From contig CAXTKV010000106.1 of assembly GCA_964244895.1 (NCBI GenBank), positions 1 through 17,679 of the forward strand: DNA of 17,679 nt. Reading direction: 5' to 3'. Position numbers and translations under genes: made by a program. Below the pieces are notes generated by a model. The model worked only from the letters and a program-made list of their open reading frames with translations, was not told the origin of the DNA and searched no databases. Source of the DNA: an uncultured Deinococcales bacterium. GTDB lineage: Bacteria > Deinococcota > Deinococci > Deinococcales > JAAFIG01. Below, piece after piece: positions 15,861 to 17,679 of the stretch; the stretch's first letter is position 1, and every line of letters starts with the position of its first letter.

Positions 15861-15948
15861 GAGAACACCGTTCTTGCTCATCAGACAGCACCTGACGGGC
15901 TATTCGCGCTCCAGCACACGTTTTCAGGTATGCGTGCTGGACGGTGTT
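15861..15948. repeat. Type 2 repeat-family element downstream of folD
   Basis: gagaacaccgttcttgctc…gcacc…cgggctattcgcgctccagcacacgttttcaggtatgcgtgctggacggtgtt has terminal aacaccgt/acggtgtt inverted repeats and is colinear with 7941-8066. Confidence 0.82.
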
Positions 15949-16081
15949 GTTTGCAGATCAGCCCGAGACTCGCGCCGGGATTAGGTTCTACCACTCCAAT
16001 TCAGGATTCTCGAGCCCTACCGACGCGAGGCGCTGATTTCACGCGCGAGACCGTGTTCTCTGAACGATTTATAATCCGAGT

Positions 16082-16486
16082 GTGCGCTACCACGTCCGCG
16101 CGATCCTCAAACCCGAACAATCCAGCGCGCTGAAACGCGCCATCGAGAAGCGCACGCTCGGGCGCGGGTCGGTGGCGGGCGGCGAGTACCTGCGCGACAT
16201 GAGGAACGCCAGAGCCATGCCCGACGGGACGACCGAATGGGTCGAGGTCTGCTTCTGTACCGCTCCGCTCGAGGAGGAACGCCCGTACTGGGAGGCGTAC
16301 TTCGAGTTGCTTCAGATCACCGATGCCGCCGATCGCGCCGCCTGCAAGCACGAGACGGGGCGCGAGCCGTGGGCCTGCACGGACTGCACCTGCGCCAGGA
16401 AGCTCGAGCGCAGCCTGGAACGGCGGGGCGAGCCTTTTCTGGAATGGCTCGGGCGTGAACGTCTTTTGGAACGGGACGCGGGATAG
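16082..16486 (+). CDS. Cys-rich hypothetical protein (134 aa), possibly metal-binding
   Basis: Host-like codon usage and a perfect TATAAT 6 nt before the GTG. Motifs WVEVCFC..PLEEERPYWE.YF and C.H..G.EPWACTDCTC. Confidence 0.8.
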   Translation: MRYHVRAILKPEQSSALKRAIEKRTLGRGSVAGGEYLRDMRNARAMPDGTTEWVEVCFCTAPLEEERPYWEAYFELLQITDAADRAACKHETGREPWACTDCTCARKLERSLERRGEPFLEWLGRERLLERDAG

Positions 16487-16497
16487 AATCCCGGAGC

Positions 16498-16947
16498 GTG
16501 CCAGAAATTTTCACCAACAAACCCATGATCGTCGCGCTGACCGCCCTGACCATCGCGCAGGTACTGAAAGTCCTGCTGATTTTGCTGCTTGATCGCAAGT
16601 GGGCTCCCGACCGGGCGCTCGAGACGGGCGGAATGCCGTCGTCTCACACGGCGTCCGTCTGCGGTCTGGCGACCTCGTTGGGGATTCAGTTCGGCTTCGG
16701 CAGCCCGTTTTTTGCGATTGCGACCGTCTTCGGTTTGATCGTGATGTACGACGCGACCGGCATCCGCCGCGCGGCGGGCGTGCAGGCCACGTTGCTGAAC
16801 GATCTGGTCGAGGAGTTGCGGGCTGTGGTGCGCGAGGGTTTCTCGCCCAAGCCGTTGAAGGAACTCTTGGGGCACACGTACTTCGAGGTGTTCGTGGGTG
16901 CGCTGCTGGGCATCACGGTCGCGGTGGTCGCGTACTACGCGCTTTGA
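16498..16947 (+). CDS. Divergent PAP2 family (DUF212, acid phosphatase/vanadium haloperoxidase-related) membrane protein
   Basis: AQ.LK, TGGMPSSHTA.V, IVMYDA.GIRRAAG.QA..LN, LKELLGHT..EV..GALLG. Confidence 0.92.
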   Translation: MPEIFTNKPMIVALTALTIAQVLKVLLILLLDRKWAPDRALETGGMPSSHTASVCGLATSLGIQFGFGSPFFAIATVFGLIVMYDATGIRRAAGVQATLLNDLVEELRAVVREGFSPKPLKELLGHTYFEVFVGALLGITVAVVAYYAL

Positions 16948-16983
16948 TGGCTGCGTACTAAAAGCCGCGAGGAACATCGAAGA

Positions 16984-17037
16984 GCACCGTCCAGCACGCA
17001 TATTCTTGGATGCTCGAGAACACCGTGCTGGACGGTC
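16984..17037. repeat. Composite palindromic repeat upstream of the pyrE -10 box
   Basis: gcaccgtccagcacgca-tattcttggatgctcgag-aacaccgtgctggacggtc. Confidence 0.85.
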
Positions 17038-17061
17038 TTCGGGCTTGTTAGAATCCGCGGT

Positions 17062-17586
17062 ATGAGCCTCGACCTGACCGCGCTGGGACAAGCACTCGTG
17101 AAGGCCGCGTACCTGGAGGGCGATTTTTTGCTTTCCAGCGGACAGCGTTCCAGGTACTACATGGACAAGTACCGCTTCAGCACCGATCCGAAGATCCTCA
17201 AACCCATCGCGGAGGGGCTGGCGGGCTTGCTGCCGGACGGACTGGAGATGCTGGCGGGCGTGGAACTGGGCGCGGTGCCGCTGGTCACGGCGGTCTCGCT
17301 GGAGGTCGGTTTGCCGTTCGTGATCGTGCGCAAGGCCGCCAAGGACTACGGCACCAGCAAATTGATCGAGGGCGTGCTCCAACCGGGCGCGAAGCTGGCG
17401 TTGATCGAGGACGTGCTGACCACGGCGGGACAGGCGATTCGCGCGGCGAACCTGCTGGTCGAGTTGGGCGGACGCGTGGAGCGGATCGTGTACGTCGTGG
17501 ATCGCGAGCAGGGCGCGGACGCCAACATCCGCGCGGCGGGGTTCACGCCCGCCGCCTTGTTCACCAAGACCAGCCTGGGAATTTGA
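17062..17586 (+). CDS. pyrE: Orotate phosphoribosyltransferase
   Basis: GDF.LSSG..S.YY.DK, G.ELGAVP, IVRK..KDYGT...IEG, PRPP-binding LIEDVLTTAG, VVDRE.GA. TAGAAT lies 7 nt upstream of the ATG. Confidence 0.95.
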   Translation: MSLDLTALGQALVKAAYLEGDFLLSSGQRSRYYMDKYRFSTDPKILKPIAEGLAGLLPDGLEMLAGVELGAVPLVTAVSLEVGLPFVIVRKAAKDYGTSKLIEGVLQPGAKLALIEDVLTTAGQAIRAANLLVELGGRVERIVYVVDREQGADANIRAAGFTPAALFTKTSLGI

Positions 17587-17616
17587 CCTCGGGCGAATGG
17601 CTGCTAGGCTCGGGGC

Positions 17617-17679
17617 ATGAACCGTTGGGTGGCGCTCGTGATCCTGACCTTCGGGATGGTCTCGAGCCCGGTGATCTCG
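17617..17679 (+). CDS. 5' end of a probable exported protein (partial)
   Basis: TAGGCT-cggggc-ATG, then MNRWVALVILTFGMVSSPVIS…, which resembles a signal peptide. The frame is open to the window end. Confidence 0.55.
   Translation, partial: MNRWVALVILTFGMVSSPVIS

Noticed and set aside
3446..17037. Repeat-spacer-repeat units read as CRISPR mini-arrays
   Set aside because: The units are dispersed, only 2-3 per site and degenerate, with spacers mostly under 20 nt and no cas genes in the window. This fits REP/MITE-like repeats instead.

Overview
GC-rich bacterial chromosomal segment, most likely Deinococcota (inferred from DnaX/CarA sequence style and many apparently leaderless genes with a TANNNT box 6-9 nt before the start codon). 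Gene content is mostly housekeeping: an M20 peptidase (partial), galE, two small hypothetical genes, a membrane-anchored hypothetical gene coupled to dnaX, dnaX, carA, a membrane AGDEF-type diguanylate cyclase, a secreted multi-domain type I pullulanase, cdaA-cdaR, folD, a Cys-rich hypothetical gene, a DUF212/PAP2-like gene, pyrE and a partial secreted-protein gene. The notable signals are mostly non-coding or cryptic. (1) A dispersed ~55-bp composite palindromic repeat (ACACCGTCCCAGACGCA - ~11-19 nt spacer - ACACCGTCCWGGACGRT) occurs in most intergenic regions, builds larger inverted-repeat elements, and sits twice in frame inside dnaX. (2) A cluster of six DnaA boxes has no dnaA/dnaN next to it. 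(3) An A9 run in dnaX is followed by stops in both shifted frames, as in Thermus-type gamma/tau slippage. (4) The palindrome CTCGAG is roughly 10-fold over-represented. (5) A diverged copy of the galE 3' end brackets an inserted ORF. (6) The pullulanase carries a decayed duplicate domain. All counts and alignments were done by eye, and no database searches were run.
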